Assembly (NCBI RefSeq): GCF_041146345.1
Contig: NW_027191415.1
Coordinates: 992,001 to 1,056,000 of the forward strand
Origin: Neodothiora populina
Taxonomy: Eukaryota
Length of the DNA: 64,000 nt
Direction: 5' to 3'
The translations under genes and the position numbers were made by a program. Every line of letters begins with the position of its first letter. Positions within the stretch are counted from its first letter, which is position 1. Positions 25,599-38,224 of the stretch are shown here, piece by piece. A model generated the notes under the pieces. That model was not told the DNA's origin. It searched no databases and saw only the letters and a list, made by a program, of their open reading frames with translations.

Positions 25599-26528
25599 TC
25601 AATTCGCAACACCAACTCCCAAACTCATGTTCTGCATAGCAACTTCGTGATTCCTCTTAGCAACAAGCTGAGCATGAGGCATTGTCGGGAAATTGATTAG
25701 CGAAGCATTCAGTGAAGTCGACCCAATCGATGACCTTTGCGAATTGTTGCTCCAAGCACGTTGCAATTTAGGTCTTGCCTGCCAGACACTAGCTACAGCT
25801 CAGAAAACAAGCAGTGAAGAAAGGACCACTTACCCAGTCGCTCCATGATTTCTTGTGTATAGTGGACACCTCAATCGGACCCTCGACCCTTGTCTGGGCC
25901 GAGTACTCAAGGCCTTGATCACCCTTCTTCCAGTTCACAGGGCAACCCTCTCCGTACTCATCTTTGAAAGCAAGTGCGTCTATGACCCTCTGTGTTTCGT
26001 CAACACTTCTCCCAACATCGGCATCGCTGACAGTAATATTACGGATTACGCCCTTGGGATCGATGATGAAGAGAGCACGCTCGGCGGCTCCTTGCTCTTC
26101 GATGAGCACACCATAGTCGCGGCTGATGCTATGACTACTGTCGCTCACGAGAGGGATGTAAACCCCGCCCAAGCCTCCCTCCAGCTCTCCAGAGTTGTTC
26201 CAAGCCTTCAGAGTGAATTGAGAGTGTGAGTCAGTAGATACAAAGACTACAGCGCATGAGCGCGAGTACAGGAATTCCTTCGAGGCGAGCACTGAATGCT
26301 TTGATCTCTGTTGGGCAGGTGAACGACCAGGCTCTTGGGAAAAAGAGGAGAGCAACCCAGTGATTGGCACTAGTGTAGGCTTCCAATGAGACTTCTGTGT
26401 AGGAAGGTCAATTTGATGTTTGGGACATTGTTGATGGCTCTAGTCTTACCTTTAAATCGTCCGTCCATGACTGCAGTAGCAGTAAAATCGGGAGCCGGCT
26501 TACCAACCGCGACAGCATTGCCAATCAT
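25599..26528 (-). CDS. 2-Cys peroxiredoxin (AhpC/TSA family) carrying an apparent 1-nt frameshift
   Basis: VGKPAPDFTATAVMDGRFK, FFPRAWSFTCPTEI (peroxidatic Cys), VSTDS, SRDYGVL, RALFIIDPKG and GEGCPVNWKKG (resolving Cys). Two introns. The frame breaks at ~26279. The start codon is uncertain. Confidence 0.8.
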
Positions 26529-27112
26529 CTTTCGTTCGAGTAATGGTAAATACGGGCCGCCAGCATGCAGTAAGGCGAGATTTTGAGCATGCAGAAAGAT
26601 CAGGATTTACGAAAACCATGATACTTATACCGATACAATTGAGTCTTGACCTTCTTGCCCTCAGCCATCACGCAGGCACGTCATATCATTGCCGTCATGA
26701 TTTCCGTTTGCGGCTTCGCTACTTGTATGCACAATGGATGCCATCGAGCAGATCGTCGACAAACCGGACATACTGCCCACCTACCTTTCTTTTTTCTGGA
26801 CTTTGTATCGCCAGTCGGCTACACCTACTTCTAGAGCTCGGAAAGCAATGTGGCTGGCTATGGGCATGTGAGTTCCTGTCCGCGATCCCTACAACGCATC
26901 TGTATTGTGACTCGGAAGTATGGTCAAGTGGACAAAGAAGTGAGCTGGTGAGGTAAGGTACAAGAGATGAAGCTACCATATCCGTAGTGCCAAGGCCCAA
27001 AAGTCCTGGTCCCTTGCATCCTCCTGCCGAAAGATGGTGGGGTAACATTTCTTTGTTATACGCTCTTCGGCCATTATCAAACAAGATATAATCCCAAGAA
27101 TACAACCCAGAA

Positions 27113-28213
27113 ATGGGCCAGAAGCGACCTCGAGACGAGACAATGGACGACAACAGACCCCAATCAGAAGAAAGGCGAGAGGAGGCGTCCTCGCCCTTCA
27201 TGTCCATGTTTGAACAATTCCGCGCCGAGCTGGACGAGCATCACGATCGAAGAGAGCGAATAATCAAAGCTTCGCGTGATGTGACTGCCGCATCCAAAAA
27301 GATGTGAGATAGGACACCGAAATCATCAATTGGATGCCTGGTTTTCTCATATGCCAGTCTTGCCATGTCGCGAGTAGCTCCCGGCGGCTGACGAACTTTG
27401 GAATTTAGTATCTTCACGTTACAAAGGTATTGAACCACCAAGCACCAAGCAGGTCGAATCACGCATCTCGATTCATCCCATTTCAGGCCAGAGTGAGAGA
27501 GAAACACTGACGACCGATACCGAAAAAGAATCCGCAAACTCGCGCAACCCCTACCGCCCCACGTAGCAAAAGGCAACGAACCCTACCACACGATAATCCG
27601 CGACCGCTACAGCTCCATCTCCAGCGACCTGCAAGGTCTCAACGCCTACCGATACGCGCGCAACATCACGGGCGGAAATCAAGAATGGATGGAAGCGGCG
27701 TCCTTCCAGCACTATCTCGTCACAGGCAGGTTGATCACGTATGACGAGGCACAGCGGCAGTTGGCGGGGTTGGCGGTATCAGGTCAGGGCGGGCTCGTGT
27801 TTCTGAGTGTCGAGGATTATCTGCTGGGTATCTTTGATATGACGGGCGAGTTGATGCGGTTCGCCATCACTACTATGGCCACGGACGGGAAATTACCTGC
27901 TGTTGCTGCTGCGCAGTCTTTGCCAGACCCAGCAGCAGCAGAAGGCGGCGCCATGGAAGTAGATGCCCCAGAGAGCAAAAGAGATGTCTTGACCGATCTG
28001 CGCGCACTGAGAGCGGAACTGGAGGCGCTGGACGTCGGAAAAGGCGGGTCGTTCGCCAGGGACGTCGACAAGAAGATGAACGTCATGCAGACGAGTGTGG
28101 AGAAGGTGGAGAAGGCCCTTTATGGTCTTGTGATCCGTGGCAGGGAAAGACCGAAAGGCTGGATGCCGGATCTTGATTCGGGACCGAGGAGAGAGGTCGA
28201 GGTGGATGCATGA
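27113..28213 (+). CDS. Translin family protein (TRAX-like)
   Basis: FRAELDEHHDRRERIIKASRDVTAASKKIIFTLQR (the last part through an 18-nt exon), GGNQEWMEA, DYLLGIFDMTGELMRFAI and SVEKVEKALY. Confidence 0.88.
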
Positions 28214-28224
28214 TCGGAGTGAGC

Positions 28225-28249
28225 GCTGCTGCTGCTGCTGCTGCTGCTG
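28225..28249 (+). repeat. (GCT)8 trinucleotide microsatellite in the 3' UTR of the translin-family gene
   Basis: Read directly: gctgctgctgctgctgctgctgctg. Confidence 0.9.
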
Positions 28250-28423
28250 GCGACTTTTGAGTTTCACGACGCACCTGTTATCACTTCTTTCCAAGAAAAC
28301 CTCTGGGATTCATTTCAGTCTATCAGACGAAGGAAAAGCTACATAAAAAGCAAAGATATCATATATACACATATTTTTCATCAATTGTCGGGGAGACATG
28401 ACAGCACTGCATATCATCTCCTC

Positions 28424-30095
28424 TTATAGCCACGATCCGAGGTTCACGTGGATGGCCTTCTTGTTGGAGTAGGCCTCGAGACCGGCCTCGCCCAGCTCGC
28501 GTCCGACACCGCTCTGCTTGACACCACCGAAAGGCACGCGGAAGTCCGAGTCGTTGCTGCTGTTGATCCACACCATGCCGGCCTCGATGTTGCGGGCGAC
28601 TCTGTGCGCCTTGGTGATGTCCTGGGTGAAGACGGCGCTGCCCAGACCGTAAGTGGTGTCGTTTGCGCGCTCGACGGCTTCCTCCTCGGTCTTGAAGCTG
28701 GACACGACGACAAAGGGGCCGAAGATCTCCTCGCGGTAGATCTTCATCGAGTCCTTGACGTCGGTGAAGACGGTCGGCGTGACAAAGAAGCCCTTGCCGT
28801 TTGCGTTCTTGTGCGGCTCGCCGCCGTAGAGCAGCGTGGCGCCCTCGGACTTGCCGGACTCGATGTAATGCAGCACGCGGTCGTATTGTGCCTTGGTGAC
28901 CTGAGGACCCTGGAAGGTGTCGTCCTTGAACGGGTCGCCGACGATGCTGGTCGTCTTGACGTGGTCCTTGAACTCGGACACGAACTTGTCGTAGATGCCC
29001 TCTTGCACGAGGATACGCGATGTCGCAGTGCAGATCTGGCCCTGGTTGGACATGATGCCGATGTGGGCCCACTTGACGGCTTGCTCGAGATTGGCATCGT
29101 CGAAGACGAGCAGAGGTGACTTGCCGCCGGTCTCGAGAGTGATGTTCTTTAGTGTCAACGCTGCCATCTTCATAATCTCCTTTCCGGTGGCGGTAGAGCC
29201 GGTGAATGCAACCTTGTGCACGTCAGGGTGCTGTGCGATGGCGGCTCCAGTCACGCGACCGTGGCCGTTGACGATGTTGACAACACCTGGAGGGAAGCCG
29301 GCTTCCTTGACCAAGTTGGCAAAGTACAAAATGCTCAGAGGGGTCTGCTCCGCAGGCTTCAGCACAACAGTGTTGGCGCATGCAAGAGCGGGTCCCAGCT
29401 TCCACGCGGCCATGGCTAAGGGATAGTTCCACGGGATGATTTGACCGCAGACGCCAATAGGCTCACGGATGGTGTAAGCGAGCTTCGCAGGAGTCGTGTC
29501 GATGACCTGGCCGTGGATCTTGTCCGTCCAGCCGGCGTAGTACTTCAATGTGCTGATGACCTCGCTGAGATCCTCGTCGCGTGCGACGGTGAAGGGCTTG
29601 CCGTTGTCCATGGTCTCAATCGTGGCGAGCACGTCTCTGTGCTGCTCGACCAGAGCGGCCAGCTTGTGCATCAAGTCTCCGCGGTCGCTGGATCCCATGT
29701 CTCTCCAGGCGCCCTTTCCTGCAGCCTTTGCGGCGGCCACGGCCTTGTCGACATCCTCGGGCTCGGCAGCTTCGACAGAGCAGATCTCGGATTCGTCTCT
29801 GTGTGGATCTGTCAGACAGCGATTCGATACTGCGGCTTTCAAGCATGACTTACGCTGGGTTGATGCTAGTGACCTTGTCTCCTTTGCTGGACTTTACCCA
29901 TTCATTGTTGATGAACAGACCGGTGGGTTGAGTCCACTTGATCCCATTGGGAGCGGTGATCTCGACGGAAAGGTCAGACATGGCTCGATGTGCAACACTA
30001 AATGCTCTGTGAGATGGGAGTGAGCAACTTTTGGGAGCACTGAAGAATAGAGCTCTAGGGACTGCTACGAATGGACGAAGAAGTGAGGAATACAT
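28424..30095 (-). CDS. NAD(P)+-dependent aldehyde dehydrogenase (ALDH1/2-like)
   Basis: GQIIPWNYP, KPAEQTP, FTGSTATG, LETGGKSP, catalytic NQGQIC and EEIFGP. Intron ~29799-29853. In-frame ATGs at 30095 and 29981. Confidence 0.95.
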
Positions 30096-31868
30096 CAAGG
30101 CCAAACATCAGCGCAGTCCATCCAGGTATATGTAGTAGTGGGGTCAGGACACGCTGAAGGAATATCCGTTGCTAATTCTTGCTGATAAGAGCCCCGCCAT
30201 GAATCCCTCCATAATCTGTCTATTAGATAATGATCGCAGCCTGCTTGATGCTGGTAGACAAGAGTGCCGGCGGGGAATTTGTGACGAGTCACAATGCGAG
30301 CTATCAAGCCTCATGCCGACTTGAAAAACCCCTCATCTTTCCCCGCGCATCTTACCTTGACTCGCTACGATAAGCCGTATGGGGAATGCTGAAGCGAAGC
30401 GCTGTTGCTCGGTCCGCATGTTGCTCGGTCCGCAGAGTGATCTTTGGCCGCAGTGATCTCTGCCAGGTTACCCAGCACATGGGTATGGCGACAACCTCGA
30501 CAGCAGAGCTGACTAATGGGACGGCAGATCTGTTAAGGTCACCCACCTGGATATATTGCCCAGCCATGTCCAATACGAATGTAGGCAACAACGAGGTGCG
30601 TCTCAACCCACTTCATTTACCTCCTTCCCTCCAGTCGATCTTCTCACATGTCTCGGTCGGGTGGAGTGCTGCAGATGCCTGGCTCCCCGTCGTGCAATAC
30701 CCTCGGGTATGGATGTTCGATGTTCCGATGATGGTGAAGAAGCAGATCCGACCTCGCCTGGAGTTGAAGCGCGAGTGTCGAATGACGCCTGATGAAAGAG
30801 GAGTTGCCTGCACGGCTATGTGCCTTTGATTGACCGGGAGACGATGCGACTGCACATCGTGATGACCGGGGATTCTACCTTTACACGGATGGAATCAATT
30901 GGTTCGGGTCGGATCGCGGTGAACCTTTCAATTCTTACATACTGCCAGGAACCTATCTGGACTGGAGGAAAAAATGCTCTGGTTCCTCGATTACCGAAAG
31001 CGGAATCTAGAGGTCATCAGACTTGTTCGAGGAGTGCGGCTCCACGATGATGATACGTCGATGGTTCTCCCACAATTACATGTTCGTAAGACATTGGTAA
31101 GGTACTGTGCTGTGATTCAGACCAGAAAGTCACGGCGATTGCCTTCCAGGTCAAAAAATGTGAAGAATGGTTTGAAGCAGAAGACTGCATTTGAAACACG
31201 TCAAGCAGTTAGACCGACCAACGTAGCTACGACGGGTCGAGGGAGTAGACACTCTGTAATTCACTGCAACGTACAACGCCTCAGAGGATATCTGGCCGTC
31301 AGAGTCAAGGGATGCCTCTTAGGAAGACACAAGGCATCCGACCATGATCGAATAGGACGTTGCGCATTTTAATAGGATGTTGCGTATTCTTGTCCGTTTG
31401 GGTGATGTCTTCGCTGCGCGTTCTGGTGCTTGTACATGTCCTATACAAAGTTACTTCTGGGTCGTTACCTTACTAGTGCTTCTCTGTTCACGCCTGCCTG
31501 CTGTACTGGAGCACTATTATGTACCTGCTCATACTCGAGGTCTTTCACAATTTTGTCTCGACACAATCAACCGACATTGTTCATTCTTCGCTATATGCGA
31601 TACAGTATGGCTCCATCCAGATTCATTCCAGTATGCCCCGCAGCTATTCCCGGCTCTATCTGCCCCACTATTGACTTCCCACCTTTCACAGTCATAGTCA
31701 GTCACAGTCACAGCTAGGTAGCCAAAGTTTGTCGCCGTTCGTGAAACCCTAGCATTGCTGCGTCATGCATGTTGCAACAAACTTCCATCCTCACTAAGCC
31801 ATTTCACTATAACATAAGATCAATTGCGCGCGCAGAAGCGTCTTTTTGCAATCAGTCTCGATTCCAAG

Positions 31869-33311
31869 ATGGCGAACGGAACCATGTCGGACGGTGCTGC
31901 TGATCAAGTCCCAGAGGGCATCTTCTCTCTGCTGGATACCGACTTGTACAAGCTCACGATGCAATGCGCCGTCTTGAAGTACTTCCCAGACGTTGGTAAG
32001 CCCAAGGCACAGGACCCGCACGGCTGTGTGACAGCTTGTTGACCTGAAACAGATGTCGCATACAAGTTCACCAACCGGACGCATGACATGAGACTGAACC
32101 GCGCCGCCTACGACTGGTTGAAGGAGCAGATAGCAAAGTTGGAGAAAGTCAGGCTGTCTCCGGAAGAGTTTGACTTCCTCAAGGCCTCTTGTCCCTACTT
32201 CAGCTCAGAATATCTTGACTTCCTCAAGGATTTCCGCCTCTATCCGAGTGAGCAGGTCAAGTTGACCTTTGAACCCCTGGAACCTACGGACACACTGAGC
32301 CCATCAGACAAGGGAGAAGTTTCATTGTCAGTAAAGGGAAAGTGGTTGCAGACCATACTGTACGAGATCCCGCTTCTCGCCTTGACGTCCGAAGCGTATT
32401 TCAAGTTCTGTGACACGGACTGGGATCACTCTGGACAAAGAGAAAATGCAAAGGAGAAGGGACTGAGATTGCTCGAGGCCGGTTGCGCCTTTTCCGAGTT
32501 TGGAAGCAGAAGGAGGAGGGACTACAAGACACACAATCTGGTCATGCAAGGATTGAACGACGCGAAAACTGAGGGCGCCAAGCGAGGCTATAGAGGCACC
32601 TGGGCTGGAACCAGCAATGTCCATTTCGCCATGAAGTATGGAGTCGCTCCCGTCGGTACAGTGGCTCACGAGTGGTTTATGGGTATCGCCGCCATCACCA
32701 ACGACTACAAGAAGGCCAACGAAACTGCTCTACAATACTGGACCGGCACTTTTGGCAGAGGTGTGCTCAGCATTGCCTTGACCGACACGTTTGGTACACC
32801 GAACTTCCTCGGCGCCTTCAAACAACCAGTGCCACCAGGTAACTCACTGGACCCGTCGCGAGACATGCCCAACCCGAGCTATGCTGAAGCATGGACTGGC
32901 GTTCGACAGGACTCGGGCGATCCGGAAGAGTTCATCAAGAGGATGCGTGCATTTTACGATGGGCAGAACATCGTCACTCCCAAGACCATTGTCTTTTCTG
33001 ATTCGCTGAATGTGGAACGATGCATTGAGTACTTGCATATGACGCAGGCTGCCAAACTCACCCCGAGCTTCGGTGTCGGCACATACTTTACCAATGACTT
33101 CGTCAGGAAGAGCAATGGAGAAAAGAGCGTACCGCTCAACATCGTCATCAAGCTGAGCGAGGCTGCAGGCAGATCATGCATCAAGATCTCGGACAACCTC
33201 GGTAAAAACATGGGTCCCCAAGAGTTGGTTGAGGCAACAAAGAAAGAACTCGGTTATGAGGAAAAGTTCTGGGAAGGTGGCGATGAGACCAAGCGATGGG
33301 ACAAGGCATAG
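31869..33311 (+). CDS. NPT1: Nicotinate phosphoribosyltransferase
   Basis: SLLDTDLYKLTMQ, EFGSRRRR, GTSNV, GTVAHEW, LTDTFGT, GVRQDSGDP and IKISDNLGK. Intron ~31995-32052. Confidence 0.96.
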
Positions 33312-34625
33312 GAGAGGCGACGATAGACAAGAATGCGTGTGGCTCAGACAATGATGAGCACGGCGGAGAGGCTCCGAGATGGCAGTATACCCACTTTGTA
33401 GATCAATGATTTAGACACGGTGATGAATTTAGAAACATTAACAGCACATGACTCCGATCGTTTTTGCTTATCCTCTGTCGCAGTATTGTGTGGGAAGGAT
33501 GATAGTGATGATGCTGATCCTGGATGAAAGCCAGACATATCTGCTGGGCGGCTGGGGCGAAGATGACCTGATGAGGACACCACACCGAGTCACCGTAAGC
33601 GCGCATCTTTCGTGCTGCTTTCGAAAGAATGCAATGTCCATCGTGAGCTACCTTGGTCAGTCCATGACATATCACTGACCTGATCGTGGCGAAATATACT
33701 CACGCTTCAAACTAACGATTTACAGGCAGTCACATATAAAAAGTACAATACGAGCAAATGATGTAACCCACAACACTACGACATCTACGATATCCTAGAA
33801 GAAGAAAAGGCGATCTCTGTAGCGCAGCGTGAAGTAGCTTAGTCCATCTCACCGTACAAGCACCACACAATATCCGTCTGCCTTGCGGCGACTCTACTGT
33901 ATGAAACAAGAATAGAAACAGATGTACCAGGCTGAGCATTTGCGGTTCGCGCTAAGCGATAATGATGCCAGCACCGAGTACAGTGCCTTTACCCTTTTTC
34001 CTGCTCGTAAAAGAGCCAATCCCGAGGCCCCGGAGCTTCTTTGCTGCCGCCTGTGCTGGACTTTGTCTCTTACGGGAAAGGTAGGTTAAGGTTCTACAAG
34101 TTCAGGGGTCTGATAGGGGTTCGAGCGCTTGTGTTCCTGTGTCGTTCGCTGTTGGCTGCTTGCGCTTAGAGTAAGGTACCTCTTAGTCTGGAGAAGAAGG
34201 AGGGCGATGGCGAGGGCGAGAGCGTAGGAGCGAAGGCGAGAGAGCGAAAACAGGGTCAAGGCTCAGGTTGCAGCAGGTGCAGCAGGTGCCGCAGGCGGGC
34301 GTGCACTGACCGGGTTCTGTTTTGAGTTCGCGGCAGGGCTGGATTTAGGTTTAGACGCGCAACGAAACACGACCTCCTTGAATCGTGCCTGTACCTGTTC
34401 CTGTACCTGTCGTACCTGCCTTTTACTGTTTGCTCTTTCCTGCTATTAATGCTATATCCCAATCCTACTTTCTGTTTTTGGTTTTTTTTCTCGTTGTATA
34501 TTGAACATTGTTTTTGCTTAAGAAACATATCATCTCAAAAGTCTTCTTGTCTCTCTGTTGTCGTCTTCGTTCTCATTGCTGGTCAAAGAACATCATCGAC
34601 CCCCTTTTTTTAGCTTGTCGTAAAC

Positions 34626-35660
34626 ATGGCTGTAAGCTCAACATATTCTTGCTGTCGCAGCGCTGGATATTGATTCTTCTCACAGTACAACGGTTATGGC
34701 AACTCGAATCCGTATGCTTCGGACAACTATGATACCCCTCCGACATATCGTATGTCTATCTCTTGCATGTTACCAGGACTCGATGCTAATCATCAAACCT
34801 CAGGCCCTACGGCAGACCTCGAGATGCAACCCATCCAGAACAACAATAACAACCCCTTCGACGACCCATATTCTGAGCGAGGCGCTACCCCAAAAGACCC
34901 CAATGCAATCCTGAACAGCTGCCGTGATGTCGGCAAAGCAATCGACGAACTCGACTCACGACTGACGGACCTGCAGCGCGTGCAGCGCCAATTCACCGCC
35001 GGCACGGGATCAACCAACAAGGAAATCGACGCCATGGGTGCAGACATCATGTCGACATACCGCTCGCTCGCCGACCGCGTCAGGAAGATCAAGTCGCAAC
35101 CAGAGGCACGACAGCCGCGCAACGAACCTCAGGTCAACGCTCTTGACCGCAGGATCCGCAAGGCCATCAACAACTTCCAGACGGTCGAGTCGCAATTCCG
35201 AAGAGAAGTGCAGGAGCAGCAGCGTAGACAATATCTTATTGTCAACCCCGATGCGTCGGAGGAAGAGATCCGCGAGGCCACTGAAGCCGGCGGCGACACT
35301 CAGATCTTCCAGCAGGCTCTGATGAACGCAGACCGACGAGGACAGGCCCAGAGCACTCTGCGCAACGTCCAACAGCGACACGACGCTATCCAGCAGATCG
35401 AGAAGACCATGATGGAGTTGGCACAGCTGTTCCAGGATCTCGATGCCATTGTTGTGCAACAGGAGCCCTTGATCCAGAACATCGAAGAAAAGGCCGAGGA
35501 GACCAACACTCACATGGTCCAAGCCAACGAGCATCTTGGTGTTGCCACAGAGAAGGCGCGCTCTGCCAGGAGAAAGAAGTGGTGGTGTCTGCTTATTTGC
35601 ATTGCAATTCTCGTCATCATTGCTCTGATCATCATCATCTGGTACTTTACCACTCACTGA
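34626..35660 (+). CDS. Plasma-membrane syntaxin (Sso-type Qa-SNARE)
   Basis: Habc region, RRQYLIVNPDA, SNARE motif QRHDAIQQIEKTMMELAQLFQDL, and ARRKKWW followed by a TM anchor. The first coding exon is probably only ATGGCT (34626-34631), with two introns. Confidence 0.92.
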
Positions 35661-36082
35661 GCGACTGAAAACTACAACGTCTTTGGAGGTGAAATTTGTC
35701 TGGATTGTTTATGTTACACTTTCACAGCTGACCCATTTCTCCAGGCTCACTGCACTCATCATTGCATCCGCACCAATCCACTCGCAACACTTGTTACTAT
35801 CCTCATCCTTTTGGGATCTTCTCATTTGTCTTCACTAGCATCGGCATGGCGTTTTTGGATGAAATGAAGGAGAAAGGGGAACAGACACGACTGGCTCGCT
35901 CAACCCTTTTTCTTTACCTTTTTTCTCTTGTTTCCCTTTTCTTTTTTTGTTTCTCATGTCTGCTAATGTACGCCTTCTGTGTGAGGCGTTTTTCTGTTTT
36001 TGAGAAGGAGAGACTTGACTTTGGTAGAAGTCGTAGAGATAGAATGCAATACCAATCAATCCAAATCGAATCACAAAAAAGT

Positions 36083-38224
36083 TCAATCGATCCAGAAGAT
36101 TTCGTCTCCCTCGGTTTCGCTATCATCTTGACTCTGATCCTCGTGTCGACGATCAGCTTCATATCGTTGATGCTCGTCATCGTCGTCGGTGTTCTCTGCG
36201 TCGTCGTTGTGTTGACCATGTCCAGCTAGCTCTTCGTGTCCCTCGGTATCAAGAACCTCGTAGTACTCGTCTTCATCGTCCCATTGTGGATTGTCTGTAC
36301 GGCGTTCTTCGTCGTCCTCCTCGTCAGAACCAGCAGCAGCAGCGGCGGCGGCAGCGGCAGTCTGAACACGACGACTCCCATGACTCAGTGGAGAGTCGAC
36401 GACGACAGCAGACATGACACAACGATGACCAGTTGCCGCGGACAAAGCGAGAGCATCGCGGCGCGCTCTAGCAGAGTCAATAGCAGTACCAGACGACGAC
36501 CACTCAGACCCCAACCCGATACTCACAGCTTTCCTCTGCATTCTCTTCTCAGCAAGCAAGACGGCATCCCCATCGACCCCTCCTCCCGCACCGCCCACGA
36601 CAGGCCCCATTAGACTCCATCTCAGACCAGCCAGGAAGGCGTCTCCGAGAGCACGCAAACAGGCGTCGTCGACGCGCAGGCGCACACCTGCGTCATTGGT
36701 GATGACATAGGCGAAGAAGCCGGCTAGATGAGCCCATCGAGACGGCGAGTCTGCGTCGAGGGTTATATCCCAGCCCTGGACGACGTCGGAGACGAGCTTG
36801 GTGATCATGAGCGCGGGCGTCAAGGCGGTGGCTCCGAAGAGGAGCAGGAGCGAGGCGAGGCCTTCTGTCACGCGGTGGTCGAGAGATACGGGGGCTTGCT
36901 TGAGGTGTTTGCGCAGCTTGGGCAGGCCGACGCGGTTCGTGCCGATGCAGTCTAGTTGCATGGCTGCGGACATGACGGGGCTGGCGGAGACGTGATGCAG
37001 GAGCTCGTCGATGTGCATGTCGCGTAGGATGGCGGAAGGAGGGATCGTGGCCCAGATTAGGCGTTCGCATTTGCCGACGTAGTTCCAGGCGCCTTTGGTG
37101 AAGACGCGTTTGTTGGTCAGCTCTTTGTGGTATGGAGGTGGGTAGTAGGCGGTGCCGAGTTTCTCGGCGTTGATTAAGCTGATGTGTATGTTTCGTTTAC
37201 CTGCTTGCACGCCTTTCAGAGCGAGACGGATGATCCAGAAGAGCTCTGTGGCAGTGCTGACGAATGGCGACGCGACGGGGTTGCGGTTCATGTGGTTCTC
37301 AATCTCCGAGAACAGGACGGGGTCACTGCAATGTGGAGCTTGTGCGATGGGGCTGTTGCAGGTGATATATCGACCAGCTACGAAGCCTTGGGGTCCGTTC
37401 AAGCCTTGATTGGTGGCATCGTAGCATCGAAAAAGAATCGCAGGTAGAGGAGGATGGGCTTCTTGCTCGGTAATGGTCCTATACTGATAGGACTGATCGA
37501 CATGTTGGCCAATCAGACGAGGTCCAACTCGCACGAAGAGCGGTGGGTCGGGCTTCGGGGTCTGAGCCCTGGCAATTGGGATCTGGCTTTGGATGTGTCG
37601 GTCGATGCTCTGGAGAGGCGAATTATGCGACTTTTTGGCAGAACGCGACGGTTGACGAGCAACACTAGGACGACTTGCAATAGTAGTCTTTGGCCTCACT
37701 GGTGTAGGGGGCGATCTGCCTGCTGGTGACGATAGCGACAGTGATGCCAATTGTGGTAGAACTGGGGATCTGGAGCTTGTGATTCTGCGGATGAGGTCAA
37801 CAAGCTCGGCCTTGCTCTCTGGTGGCATGGGAGTCGTAGTCGCTCTCTGCCATGGTTTGGACATGGGGTCTTTCATTCGTTCATGATACTGTGTAGAGAT
37901 CGTGCTCTTGGGCAATCCCCTATGAAACCCTTTTGCTTGCCAATCATCTGCGAAGAAGACGTTGAAGACTGAGGTAGTTTCTGTCCAAGTCAAGCTGTAT
38001 TCCTCGACAAGGACTATCAATGCCTGGCGGTGGACTATATGCCATGAGAATTTGCACTCATCTCTTCTGTCGTCTGCTCTCTCTACACCTCTCATCCTGT
38101 TCAAATTCTTCATTCTCTGCGTACGTGATATGCTGGGCGACACTGGGTTTGATGGGCGGACGTCATGTAAATCAAAATCATACTGCGGAGGCGCATACGA
38201 GATGCGCGATTTGACTCTTGTCAT
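36083..38224 (-). CDS. Hypothetical protein with a helical N-terminal region, a central ADP-ribosyltransferase-like motif set and an acidic tail
   Basis: Intronless ~710-aa ORF from MTRVKSR. The central LFRCYD...SPFVSTAT...ERLIWATIP pattern recurs in a family of uncharacterised fungal proteins. Confidence 0.7.
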   Translation of the reverse strand: MTRVKSRISYAPPQYDFDLHDVRPSNPVSPSISRTQRMKNLNRMRGVERADDRRDECKFSWHIVHRQALIVLVEEYSLTWTETTSVFNVFFADDWQAKGFHRGLPKSTISTQYHERMKDPMSKPWQRATTTPMPPESKAELVDLIRRITSSRSPVLPQLASLSLSSPAGRSPPTPVRPKTTIASRPSVARQPSRSAKKSHNSPLQSIDRHIQSQIPIARAQTPKPDPPLFVRVGPRLIGQHVDQSYQYRTITEQEAHPPLPAILFRCYDATNQGLNGPQGFVAGRYITCNSPIAQAPHCSDPVLFSEIENHMNRNPVASPFVSTATELFWIIRLALKGVQAGKRNIHISLINAEKLGTAYYPPPYHKELTNKRVFTKGAWNYVGKCERLIWATIPPSAILRDMHIDELLHHVSASPVMSAAMQLDCIGTNRVGLPKLRKHLKQAPVSLDHRVTEGLASLLLLFGATALTPALMITKLVSDVVQGWDITLDADSPSRWAHLAGFFAYVITNDAGVRLRVDDACLRALGDAFLAGLRWSLMGPVVGGAGGGVDGDAVLLAEKRMQRKAVSIGLGSEWSSSGTAIDSARARRDALALSAATGHRCVMSAVVVDSPLSHGSRRVQTAAAAAAAAAGSDEEDDEERRTDNPQWDDEDEYYEVLDTEGHEELAGHGQHNDDAENTDDDDEHQRYEADRRHEDQSQDDSETEGDEIFWID

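Noticed and set aside
30100..31850. Long intergenic region between ALDH and NPT1 checked for a transposon or ncRNA
   Set aside because: No terminal repeats, transposase/RT motifs or recognisable RNA structure. It is consistent with a divergent promoter.
35762..36229. Hydrophobic 155-aa ORF
   Set aside because: It arises from a T-rich 3' UTR and the antisense of the neighbouring acidic tail.
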